DNA from: Hydrurus foetidus | Taxonomy: Eukaryota | Length of the DNA: 45,923 bases | Direction of reading: 5' to 3' | Assembly: GCA_900617105.1 (NCBI GenBank) | Contig: UYFQ01000297.1 | Location: 1 to 45,923, forward strand | Shown: positions 1 to 10,752 of the stretch, one piece after another | Position numbering within the stretch: the stretch's first letter is position 1 | Layout: every line of letters starts with the position of its first letter | Translations under genes and position numbers: made by a program | The notes under the pieces: model-generated | The model's database searches: none | The model's input: the letters and a program-made list of their open reading frames with translations, nothing else | What the model was told of the DNA's origin: nothing

Positions 1-210
1 AGTTTAATTTTCTTCGGGAAAAGAGATAAGTGGGGGAAATGTGGTCGTACCGGGTATACCGGGCCTACGGGCCGTACCGGACCTTGTCACGATCCACCCG
101 ATCCTTCCGCCTACTGTACACTTAGATCCTTGCATACTGCTAGCCAGCTGCAGCCGACTCGTAGAAGTTTAACCTAGCTTCTAGCATAGCCCCTGTAACG
201 TAACTAACGC

Positions 211-1010
211 CTACTTCTCTATCAACCTATCTCTATTCGGACTACACACAGCGAATATTAACACGAGCGGCCTAGATTCACAGCCAGCGTTGTTCAGTCC
301 GAGTAAATTAAGTGTGTCTGGAATTGAGGACGACGCTACAGGTGTACCATCGTCCGTGTCACAGATGGTACACACTAGAGATCCAGTACCTCTCTGACTA
401 ACAATGATTATAGTGGCATCCGCGTTCCACTTCTGTTCCGCGAGGAGTCCTGCACTGTAGGCCATAAAAACATAACCCTAATATAAGACAGTCTAGGATA
501 CAAACATAACTTTAATCTGGCATCTGTCAGAATTTGTGGTTTCACTGTGACTACGTTGTACATCTTGCAAAACTTCTTCTGTGTATTCACTGCACGTTTG
601 CCTGCTCTCATTTTTGTCGCAGTAACGCCTGCATTCAATAAAGCCAAGGTCTCGGCAAATGAAACCGCATCTTTTGATGCTCTCCGTGTCTTTAGAATAG
701 AAACAAACTCGGCTGCTGCAGTTTCATCTATCGACATGGGTCGACCACATTTGATCGGAATTTCCTGTCCGTCACTAATAAATATCGTCCAGCCCTTGAC
801 GGTGCTATAAGGTAAGCAATATCTGTCACTTATTCTTCTAACGAGATTGTTTTTCGTTGATACCCATGTCAGCAAACTTGATTTCTGGGAACACTCCTAA
901 GCTAGGAAGGTTTTCTCGGCTACAGTCAATTTCTGCTTTGAAAGATAATGGAAAAACATTTGTTTTCGCAGCACCAAGGGCTGAAAGACAGCAGGCACAA
1001 GATGGAACAT
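211..1010 (-). pseudogene. Degenerate pogo/Tigger-like (HTH + DDE_1) transposase
   Basis: ATG at 1010 with an in-frame TAG near 897-899. It runs into an HTH-like segment (RRISDRYCLPYSTVKGW...CGRPMSID) and VKPQILTDAR. After a frameshift at about 465 comes KWNADAT, matching the wNaDET first catalytic Asp motif, and NNAGCESRPLVLIFAV, matching the nAaG..PlviI motif. The C-terminus is missing. A possible element end lies at 1118, next to TA at 1119-1120. Confidence 0.6.
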
Positions 1011-1120
1011 GATTGGTTCTGCGGTATAACTTGCTGTAGATTATACTTCACGTGTAGTAGTGCACATTACCATCATTTTCATGCGCATTTTGGAAAAATT
1101 CAATGAAAATTTTTACCGTA

Positions 1121-4100
1121 CGGGATTGTTGACGGTCCGCGCGGGATTGTTGACAGCGCGGGATCAGGCACCCTCTGTTCCGTGAGGGACGTGTGTGCAA
1201 GTGGGTGATATAATGCTGCTGGTAAAGTTATATTGGTCAAAATTGGTGCGAGAGGGATGTGCACCCTCTGTACGGTTGCATCGGAATTGTCATTGACTGC
1301 ATCGATTGGTAAGTTTGGGTCTGAAGTTGGATTGTATAAAGCTGCGATATTGAGGAGCTGTTGGGTGATAGTTGGAATGTTGCTGAGCTGGCGCCGGTGA
1401 TGGAAAGCGGGGTGAGTGCTTGTGATGGTTTGGAGGGTGGTGGTGAGATCATGGATAGTGGCAAGAAGTAGATCATGAACAGAAGGATCCGGAAGCTGTC
1501 GATTGTCGAGGAACCAGGCGAGTGTGTCAGTGATGCGCACTGCATTTGTTGATGATGACCACACTGTGAAGCATCTGTAGTGTTTGAGAGCAGGACCAAG
1601 ATAAAAACCAGCAACTCCATGCGGGGCCCACGATCCACGACTGCTGGGCTTGTCGTGTATGAGAATTCTGGCACCAGCTGGTCCGATTGGGTTGGCTCGA
1701 AAGTCATGAGCTCCGCCATGCAAACCGACGTAAGCGGTTTATACGGGTGTATGTGATTTAGGCATAGTTCGATTTGAGGTAGTAGACGATCCCATAGCGC
1801 GAGGGAAAAGATATTTGAGGTCGTACAAAGCGTTGCTATTGCATGATTTTTGAATGTTTGTATGCTCCGTTCTGCTCTATTTGATCGATGTATGCCTGGC
1901 GGACAGTATTGTATTTTGATGCTCTGCCGCTTCATGAATGCATCGAGTGGTGCAGAAGTTTCGTTATCTAGTCGTAGGAAGAGGGGGATATGTCCTAGGG
2001 CGGTGAAGAAAGCAATTGTACGGGTGAAGCTTGAGATGTAAGCTGTGTGATGGCGAGACGCTAACGGTTCGGCATGAATATGTCCGTCCATTTCCGAAAT
2101 GAGAATGTACTGTGCGCCACTGTCAGCCTGAACAGGAAACTTTCCAGTTAAATCGGAGCTGACGGTGTGTGGGAGGCGGACCACTTTGACGAACGCATGA
2201 TTAGCAGACTCAGCTGTAAGAGGTAACTCAGGACTATCATCTTCATCAATTGTTGAAGAGGCTGAGTTTGTTTTGGTAGAGTCCAAACCTTGCCGCAGTT
2301 GGTTAAGGTGGCCTTTGGCTGTGGCGATAGTGTGTGGGGGATGGGCTAAAACAATTGAGGTGGTGAGTCGAGGCCATGATGATAAGTATCCTGCTCGAAT
2401 GGCGCGCAAAAAGGTAGAGTAAACCGGACTGCCTAGAGAAGCGTGCACAAACAATACAAACTCAGCGTCTGCAGTAAGGCGCGCCGCGTGAGATGAAGCA
2501 GCGTGCGTAGAAACAGCTGCGACGTGTGTTGGTAGTTGAGCCGTCCATAGTGTGTCGGTCGTTGCTTTAACGCCGTGTAAGACTGTTGAATTGTTGTATG
2601 TAACGTTAAACGTTGTGTCGGTGAAAGTGGCAAGGCATCCGACGTTACAAAGTTCACTGACACTTAGTAGCGAAGTATGGAGGACTCTGTAGGGGAAAAT
2701 GTATGCTTTTATAGGGTACGGAAGATTTGGAAAAAGCAACGTCCCACTGCAGCTTGAGCTAATGGTGGAGCCGTTCGGAGGCGTTACTGATATAGGTTGT
2801 AGGTGTGGATCAATGATGATAGCCGAGGCATCAGATTGTCGTACTAAGAGATTTGTGGATCCTGTGTCGCTGCATGCGAGCTTGGGTGCTGAAGAGGCGA
2901 AAGAAAGATGTGGGGGATTGCAATCGACTGTGTTAGTTACAGTAGCATAAGGCACATCACTTCTCAAGCTTAGATGTCACACGCGCAAAGTTGACCCGTC
3001 AGAGACTGAAGTGTGATTGGTCGCCAAGCGTGCATCGTCGGAGTAGTTTTTGGCGAGAGAGCCACAGCGCATTTTGTAACAAGCTGCACTTGAGTGACCA
3101 TCGTATCCATGGGCGTAACAGTAGGAACGTGGTGAGTCTGTTGTGGGTGGGTTGGATGCTCTGTGTTGACCTCCGCGGTTTGCCCGGGGCGGGCGTGGAG
3201 ACCGAGGTGGAGGAGAGGTGGCTGCTGCTGCGGCAGCTGTTGCCAGTGCAGTAAGGAAAGTAGGCGACAGTAGAAGTGTTGCAACCGTAGAAGAGATTTT
3301 AGATGTTGAACTTGGAGTAATGTGGATTGCTGCAGCATTGTATCCCATGTCTCCAGCGGACTGAGAGAAATTTGGGGAATGAAGGGTAATCTGGGTAACC
3401 AAATTGTGGAAAGTTTGGTTGGCCGTGTGGGGATGAGCGGTAAGGTAAGATTCGATAGCTTTTTGCACCGGGAATAGATGGCAGGTTCCACTGCGTAGAA
3501 AATCGCATTTCTGCAGTTCAGGTATTGGCTGCCCGTAAGCAGCTAATTATTCGAAAATGAACCATTGGGCGGCAGCAAAGCCAGTGAAATTGGTTGCAGA
3601 GTCTAGCTTGTGTGTCAGCTGTGCGTGCAGGGCTTTGTAGTCTTCAGATGTTAATGTACCGTATTGTGTGCGTAAGTGGGTCATAAGTTGTACTGCGATT
3701 AATTGGCCCATACCCAATATTGGATCCGAAAGCTCGTTGCGATCAGATGCTGGTAAAGCGTCCTTTAGGCGTCTTGTAAGCAGGAGGACTGCGACTGCTA
3801 CTTTGTCAAATTCCTTTGTTCTGTAATCAAAAACTCGCCAAGCATTGGCATTTTCGGCAGGAATTTCAGGAGGAGTGAGAATGTCTCGTGGGCGAAAAAC
3901 AATATTGGGCGGCACTGCGTCATCTGGAACTCCGTTTCCAGGCAAATTTTGCCATATTTCGTTTGTGACTACGAAGGAGAGCAGCCCATGCCGATGAGTT
4001 AGAAAACCGTTGTCTAGACAAATGCTTGACGCATAGTCATAGACTTCCCGTTGGAATTCGGCAAAGTTTTCTTTCGTGAGTGTAGTGAACGGGACTGTGT

Positions 4101-4241
4101 CTGTCATTAATCTAAACTGCTGATCCAGTGGAAGCAACCTGAAGAACGTTCAGTAAACCGATGGACAAGTTTACGTTGGTTTAGATTAACTTATGAAGAA
4201 AGCGAGGATGAAAGCACAGAGACAGATTGAGGTGCTCAACA
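1121..4241 (-). mobile_element. Truncated Ty1/Copia retrotransposon (CoDi-like): gag, protease, integrase; no RT in window
   Basis: Gag 4137-2977 contains HGLLSFVV, LMTHLRTQYG and a YCYAHGYDGHSSAAC zinc knuckle, with an in-frame TAA at 3547. Protease motif SDTGST. Integrase motifs SDLTGKFP / RLDNE / HRSNRAERSIQTFKNH, then a frameshift near 1730, then GFYLGPALKHYRC. A minus-strand TGTTG at 4241 may be the 5' LTR start. Confidence 0.85.
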
Positions 4242-4255
4242 TCAAGATCGAGATC

Positions 4256-4521
4256 ACATGCGAAACATACAAAAAACGAAACCTCAATCCTCGAATCCTC
4301 AAAACACGGGTTTCCAGAATTCCTCAAATCGGTGAAACCGAACCAGCCACTTTTTCGTAATTTTGAGTTTTGAGGTTTTCAAATTCCTCGTTTTGAAGCC
4401 CTCAGATCGAGGATTTCAAAACGAGGAATCCAAAAAAACACGAGGTCTTGGGTCCAAAAGGGCCGAGGATTTTCGGAAAACCCGTGTTTTGAGGATTTTT
4501 TATTTTGTATGTTTCGACTGT
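4256..4521. mobile_element. MITE with imperfect TIRs and AATCCTC/GAGGAT subterminal repeats
   Basis: The left end cgaaacatacaaaa...aatcctcaaaacacgggttt is inverted at aaacccgtgttttgaggatt...tttgtatgtttcg. The flanks cgagatc and caagatc match at 6 of 7 positions. The ends are related to those of the element at 6589-10634. Confidence 0.65.
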
Positions 4522-4543
4522 CAAGATCGGATGCTTGTATGTA

Positions 4544-4803
4544 TTGTGCTTTGACTTTTAATCTGGAGCACGCACCCCCACCTTCGTGAAATTTATACGC
4601 ACCCCCATCCAGATATAACTTTTTTGGGGAATTTCAGGCGGAAACCCCCCATTTTTTAGGGAGGGACCTTGGATCCTGGAATTCTGGATGAAAAAATGGG
4701 GGGTTCCGCCTGAAATTCCCCAAAAAAGTTATATCTGGGTGGGGGTGCGTACAAATTTCACGAAGCTGGGGGTGCGTGCTCCAGATTAAAAGTCAAAGCA
4801 CAA
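4544..4803. mobile_element. Foldback MITE (TTGTG termini, TA TSD)
   Basis: Arms of about 114 bp (4544-4657 and 4691-4803) are near-perfect inverted repeats around a spacer of about 33 bp. TA is present at 4542-4543 and 4804-4805. Confidence 0.85.
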
Positions 4804-4809
4804 TACATA

Positions 4810-6571
4810 TTGTGGTTTCAGGATTAATCTGCACAACGCCCCCACGCACAACACTTCGACTTCACATTGTCGATCTCAAACCATAACTCGTCAAAATTGA
4901 GATCTTCTCTCACAAGACAAAGTAGAAGTAACCAAGTAGCACACCGTGTCCACAGTGTCAACATTTCCAAGGTTGTGCCAACAAATTTCTAATTTCATCA
5001 CAAATTAAGCTTTTGCTAAACTGCATTCCATAGATCGATTCACTAATTTGCTTCATCCCATCAAAAACAACGATGATGCAGATCGATCATGACCGAAAGG
5101 GATGCTGCAGCAAGTCTTCAAGAGTTCTCTGAGTGTTCTCTGTCTTCAGTTGATCGATATTGATAAAATGCAATGGATTTTTGTATGTTCAGATGGAACT
5201 ACTAGTCATAACTCTCAAGGTATGTCAGAAATACAACGGCTCCGCAATAGTGAACCCACCAGAACGTGGACATCACCTTACTTTGCGACGCTTCACTTCA
5301 AGGATGCCGCAGGAGCCCATGAAAGGAGGAGATAGGTCTTCAAACAGAGGATTTCCTATCCCTACACCGGAAGTTGAAAGGACCGTAGAATCGTTGCCTG
5401 TCTCTGTACGAAGATAACCACGCATTTTTCGAGATCGGTGCCTGTGATTTATCATCTACGCCTGCATCGTGTGTTTATTCAATTACTCAGATCGAAACTG
5501 AACGTCAGAACGACGGCTGCGGACTGGACGCCGCAGCCGTCACAGCATTTTTCATTATTTCGGGTGTTATTGACGTGTTGTCTAGTTAGACCCAAGCGAG
5601 CGAATCAGAGGACACCAAAAGTTTTGAGCCGACTTCTGTTACTGACTTCGCAAACAATTTTCAACTCGCAACAAGTTCAGTCTCATTGACATTGCTTGCT
5701 TTGAAAATAAATCTTGCTAATTCGATAATTTAGTTGATTAAATTGTTGTTGAACCTTCTCTCTAATTCTCATATCCTCAGCGATGTTTATAAGACAATCT
5801 ACAAAGCAGTTGCAGGTCATATCATTATCTGTACAATTCAATACTGCATGTTCAAGATGTTTTGATACTGAAGGCCTAGGATAATCTATTTCAGTCTCTA
5901 TCACATTGATACACTTGAACCGTGATCAATCGCAGGCTCAATCCATTGAGGATTGATGTTGAAAAATGCATAGTCATCTTCGTTCAGAGACAGATGATGA
6001 TGATTCTATGGTCTCTGGAAGTCTCGATGCAGTGGTAATAAATCCTATGCTTGGAGATCTTTCTGCTGATTTTCATTTTGATAGCCTCGAATTCAATGTC
6101 GAAGGAGCTGTACGTTATCCACGCTGCTTCTCCGAGGACTGAAGAAGCTAAAGACGGTGTTGCAACATTCAAAATTATATCGACTTTTATTCGACTCGAC
6201 CAACTGTAGATAGAAAGCACTCACAGTACTCACTAAGAAATTGCAGATCTATGCTGACTCAATTGATTTGCTGCAGCATCCCTTTCGGTCATGATCGATC
6301 TGCATCATCGTTGTTTTTGATGGGATGAAGCAAATTAGTGAATCGATCTATGGAATGCAGTTTAGCAAAAGCTTAATTTGTGATGAAATTAGAAATTTGT
6401 TGGCACAACCTTGGAAATGTTGACACTGTGGACACGGTGTGCTACTTGGTTACTTCTACTTTGTCTTGTGAGAGAAGATCTCAATTTTGACGAGTTATGG
6501 TTTGAGATCGACAATGTGAAGTCGAAGTGTTGTGCGTGGGGGCGTTGTGCAGATTAATCCTGAAACCACAA
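4810..6571. mobile_element. Non-autonomous DNA transposon with about 304-bp TIRs (TTGTG termini, TA TSD; Tc1/mariner-like)
   Basis: 4810-5113 is the reverse complement of 6268-6571, with no mismatch seen by eye. TA is present at 4808-4809 and 6572-6573. No transposase was recognised in the 1.15-kb interior. Confidence 0.85.
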
Positions 6572-6765
6572 TACATGAACACTGGGAACCCTGACATGCG
6601 AAACACACAGAGAAAAAATCCTCAAAATGTCGACGTTCAAAATAATTCCACCCAAGTTCTACCCCGAGGATTTGAGGATTTCTGGAATCTTGAAAACGAA
6701 ACCTCAGATTCTGAGGTTTCATTTCGAGGATCTTAGGTACAGCGACGTAACGTCGACGTTTGAGG

Positions 6766-7631
6766 CAAGGGGGTATAAAAGGAGAGGGGGCGGTCTCGAG
6801 ACCCATCCCCACTCAAATTTTTCTCACCAACCCCTCACCTAATTTTCAAAATCCTGAACTACCCGCGGTCATAGTATGGTGCAGTGCGAAGTACCGCATA
6901 GTCAAAGAGATTTCAGCCTGTGGGAGCAACTGCGAGCAATTCCACTCCTGAGTAACTCAAAACTAACGAGGGCTCAATGTTTTATTACTTACAGCACATG
7001 AAACACGTTGTAACTTTAAAATGTCTATCTATTCTACAAAAATCAGCCTTTTTTTGTGGCTGCACAACCGAGACTGCCAATTGCAGGAGCGATCAGATCC
7101 TGCAGCAGATCCTAAACTTCCCAATACGTCAAGCCTTTAGAGAGCTATCCAGATGTCCTGTTAGCCCTGATCGAAGTATAGAAGAGTTGAAAATTAGGTG
7201 AAAGTAGACGGCAAATTTTTCGAAATCGATAACTTCATGAATATTGAACTGTGCCTTGGCAAATTCAGGGAATAGCTTTGTTGTGGATAAGTTGAGCTTT
7301 TCCCTGAATCTGCCAAGGTGACGATCAGTATTCGAATTTTGACTTCATCAAGAGAAGCTTACCATGATGGGGAAGAACCAAATGGCGACATCCGTCGCAG
7401 ACAAAATTCGTTGAACTGGTGGAGTGGAAAATTATAACACACTATCGCGGCCGATGGACGATGACGCGCTGCAGTTTCTGTGCTTGCTACATGCTGCCAA
7501 AGTGGAGGTTGAATTCAGCATTCATGATGTCGACTGCACTCGGGTAGTTCAGAGTTGAGTGAGGGGTCGGTGAGAAAAATTTGAGTGGGGATGGGTCTCG
7601 AGACCGCCCCCTCTCCTTTTATACCCCCTTG
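6766..7631. mobile_element. Non-autonomous element with CAAGG termini and 7-bp TSD (P-superfamily-like)
   Basis: TIRs of about 100 bp (caagggggtataaaaggagagggggcggtctcgagaccc...) at 6766-6865 and 7541-7631. Direct repeat TTTGAGG at 6759-6765 and 7632-7638. Confidence 0.7.
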
Positions 7632-7694
7632 TTTGAGGATTTGAGGATTCGAGGATTTTTTCGGTGTATGTTTCGTGTGTGAGGCCGGTCCTTA

Positions 7695-7894
7695 CAGCGA
7701 AACTATACGAAAATTTTCGCACGAAAAGCGACCGAAAAACCGGCTGAAAAGCGACCGAAAATGAAAACCTCGGTTTTCGGACGGTCGCTTTTCCGTTCGC
7801 TGCACCCAAATCGTGGGGCACAAAAGCAAAACCGGGACAAAACCGCGCTTTTCAAAAACCGGCCTTGTGCGAAAATTTTCGTATAGGTTCGCTG
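7695..7894. mobile_element. 200-bp MITE with TTA TSD (Tourist/Harbinger-type)
   Basis: 28-bp TIR cagcgaaactatacgaaaattttcgcac with 1 mismatch. TTA at 7692-7694 and 7895-7897. The empty site is preserved in the opposite host TIR (about 10608-10628). Confidence 0.9.
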
Positions 7895-8125
7895 TTACGG
7901 TGTCGGATTTCAGGGAAAGTTAGAATCGGATTTCGGTTTTTGAAATCCAATTCTGACTTTTTCGATTTCCGACGCGGAGATTGTCGAAAAATAGGCGGAA
8001 TTTCCGACAATCCCAGTGCCCGGCAATATTCAGTCCACGGCAAAAATCAGGCCACTCGGTTTTTTCGTGATATTTCAGTCAATATCGATCGGAGCAGTAT
8101 TCTGAGAGCGGATTCTGAAATCTTA

Positions 8126-8598
8126 TGCAATGTTACACATTATGATATTCTGAAAATATTTTGTTGACATTTGTACCAATTTTCATATTTAATACCAAAA
8201 AAAGAAGAAAAACGCGTAATTTTCCCCTATAAAGGTGAAAACGATCCAAAATAGATATAGGGAGTTAATTTAGTGCCCTCTTGGCAGCAACAAGAAAAAG
8301 AAATTTTTATTTTGCGAAAACCGATTTCAAAAAATACAAAAAAAGGCTGAAAATCAACGAAAAATGACCTATTTTTTTGTATCTCGCTATTCAGAATTTT
8401 GCTTCAGAAAAAAATTATCTTGTTGCTTGAACGAGTGTATTAATTCTACATTCACAATTTCAATCTTTACATTTATGAATTTTTTCATGAAGAACCATGT
8501 GTTTTTCTCTATAAGTAGTTGTTTTTTGGTATTAAATATGAAAATTGGTACAAATGTCCACAAAATATTTTCGGAATACCATAATGTGTAACATTGCA
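8126..8598. mobile_element. AT-rich MITE with about 77-bp TIRs and TA TSD
   Basis: tgcaatgttacacattatgatattctgaaaatattttg...taccaaaaaa (8126-8202) is inverted at about 8523-8598. TA at 8124-8125 and 8599-8600. Host TIR similarity resumes after 8600 (cggaaaaagttgaaaatata). Confidence 0.8.
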
Positions 8599-10752
8599 TA
8601 AGCGGAAAAAGTTGAAAATATAGTTCAACTTTCATCGTAGAGTTGAAAAAATCGTTCAACTTTGGGGAAATTATGTAGGAAATTATGTGGTGTGAAATTG
8701 AAATTATGTACATAATTCAAAAAAAGTTGAAAAGATTCCAGACCTAGGTCCTGAAATTTCGTCATACTCAAACTTTGGTGGTACTCTCGTCGTCTACTCT
8801 CTATCTCACAGACGTTTCTCCGCAGCAGTCACATTCGATAGAACTTGTATGATACAAGTTTTGCCGATGGGGCTAAAAATTTGAGGATCCTGTCGAAGTA
8901 GGAACTTCTTCATGCGACATTTTTCTCCATCACGGCAGTGCCATGGAAGCCGCATTGGGGCTGTGCTGCCGCTGCTTGGAAATGTTATTGGAAGCATCTG
9001 TCCATGAAATTCGGGGGCGGTAGCAGGGAATTATGGCACTGGAGTCCAACTTTCTATCTATGTGTCATATTGGATTTGATGACTGAATGTGCGGATAATT
9101 CTTATCTTAAAACTCATATTTCCCCTCCTGGCTCCCTATTAGGAAACAGGGGAAACCCTGGCAAAATTTTCTTGGTAAGAATAACAATTCCTTCGAAGCA
9201 ACGTTTTTTGTGCACGACTTTCTACATCAAACTGATGTAAACCCTGTATGCCATCTATTGCAGCCGGAGAAGCAGCATTCAATAAGTAATCAGTATGAGG
9301 GACTTCTGGAGATTAGGTTGAGATGCTCGCCAAATTGACCGCGGCCACTTTCATTCTTGCCGGCATTATCTTTCTTATCTCCAAGTATATGTGTCATCAT
9401 TCTCGATCATTTTCCATCGATAATCTGACTTCCTCCTTTGGCGATTTGGCTGAATCTGAGACTTCTTGGCAACGATCATTTTCTTTGATGTATTTTCCTC
9501 TTACATTTTCTTCATTCAATGTCTATGAATAATCTGAATTAATCATTTCTAACTACATGAAAGTTGATCTCTTTTCTGGAATCATTTTCTCAGTAAAGCG
9601 CAGCGCATTCTGTTTGTACTGTACTGGCAAAAAGTCACCGTGATTGTAACCGTAAGTGACTGAGAAAAAAACGTTGCGCATTTCTGGATCTGTTGATCAA
9701 TCATTTGTTTAAGATTTAGGATGTACAGAATATATCTGCATCAGTCAAATGCGAGGTGCACTGTAATATGACATGGTGAGAACAAGTATTCAAATATAAT
9801 AAATGAATGTCCAATAGCAACAAAGAAGCGTAAGTTGTCTGCGAGTCCCGCTTCTTGATGGCCGATGAAAATCTGTTTATGGCTTTATGAAAGCAGTCCA
9901 TTCAAGGGCTGTGTCCCTTTTGGGGTTGATCGTCGGTGGGAATTTATCAACAGCCACTTTGAAGGCTCCATCTCTGTCTGACGAACTGGAAGACCTGCAT
10001 CAAGCAGGCAAAAACTTGCGAACTTCAAACTCCAAGGCTTCCGCAGCTGAAAGATGTTTTCGATCGTCTTTGCGTACACCTTAGCCGCACAATAGCCGAA
10101 AATGGCATAATTTCTTGATCTGGACACAGTGGTATCAGTGTTGATCCACAGCTTGCGATAAAATCTTCGTCATCGTCCTGAAATCCTCTGGGATTCAGTG
10201 GCGGTTTCCTCTGCAGTTTTCTTCATGATGCCATTAACCGACGAGAACTTGAAGACTTAGAGTTTACTGAGTCATGAACTTGGTGCTCCTAGCTCTAATC
10301 TCTTATCTCCGATCAGCTTAGGTGTATACTACAGTACACACAATACAGATTATACTCCCATTATTCGTGTTTCTACTAGTTGAATATATTTTCAACTTTT
10401 ACCGGATTAGGCATACATAAGATTTCAGAATCCGTTCTCAGAATACTGCTCCGATCGATATTGACTGAAATATCACGAAAAAAACGGGTGGCCTGATTAT
10501 TGTCCGTGGCCTGATTATTGCCGGGCACTAGAATCTCCGCGTCGGAAATCGAAAAAGTCAGAATTGGATTTCAAAAACCGAAATCCGATTCTAACTTTCC
10601 CTGAAATCCGACACCGTAAGGACCGGCCTGAGGGATAAAAAAGTTGATACTGCGAGGCCCAGCCAATCAGTTGCTGCCGCATATCAACAGTGTTCACGTC
10701 GAATATCCTGATGCAGTTGTTGCAGTAGATTCGTTAACGCATATCTGCAAAG

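Larger units (their letters stand above)
7683..10628. mobile_element. PIF/Harbinger-like element (GGCC termini, TGA TSD, long TIRs)
   Basis: Termini are GGCCGGTCCTTACGGTGTCGGATTTCAGGG... and its reverse complement ending at 10628. TIR similarity extends about 250 bp (right arm about 10378-10628). TGA is present at 7680-7682 and 10629-10631. The interior has only broken, unrecognised ORFs. Confidence 0.75.
6589..10634. mobile_element. CCCT-terminated non-autonomous TIR element interrupted by nested insertions
   Basis: The left end reads CCCTGACATGCGAAACACACAGAGAAAAAATCCTC. After removing 7683-10631, the right end reads in reverse complement CCCTCACACACGAAACATACACCGAAAAAATCCTC. Multiple ATCCTC/GAGGAT subterminal repeats are present. 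The superfamily is unresolved and no clear TSD was found. Confidence 0.55.

Noticed and set aside
85..250. Possible solo LTR starting TGTCACGA that interrupts the pogo ORF
   Set aside because: No matching end, TSD or second copy could be established.
4799..4814. Transib/RAG RSS-like CACAATA heptamers
   Set aside because: The orientation is opposite to Transib termini, there is no 5-bp TSD, and TA duplications explain the junction.
6495..8713. Numerous 60-108 aa ORFs
   Set aside because: They lie in TIR or MITE sequence, some recur in both arms, and none shows a protein motif.
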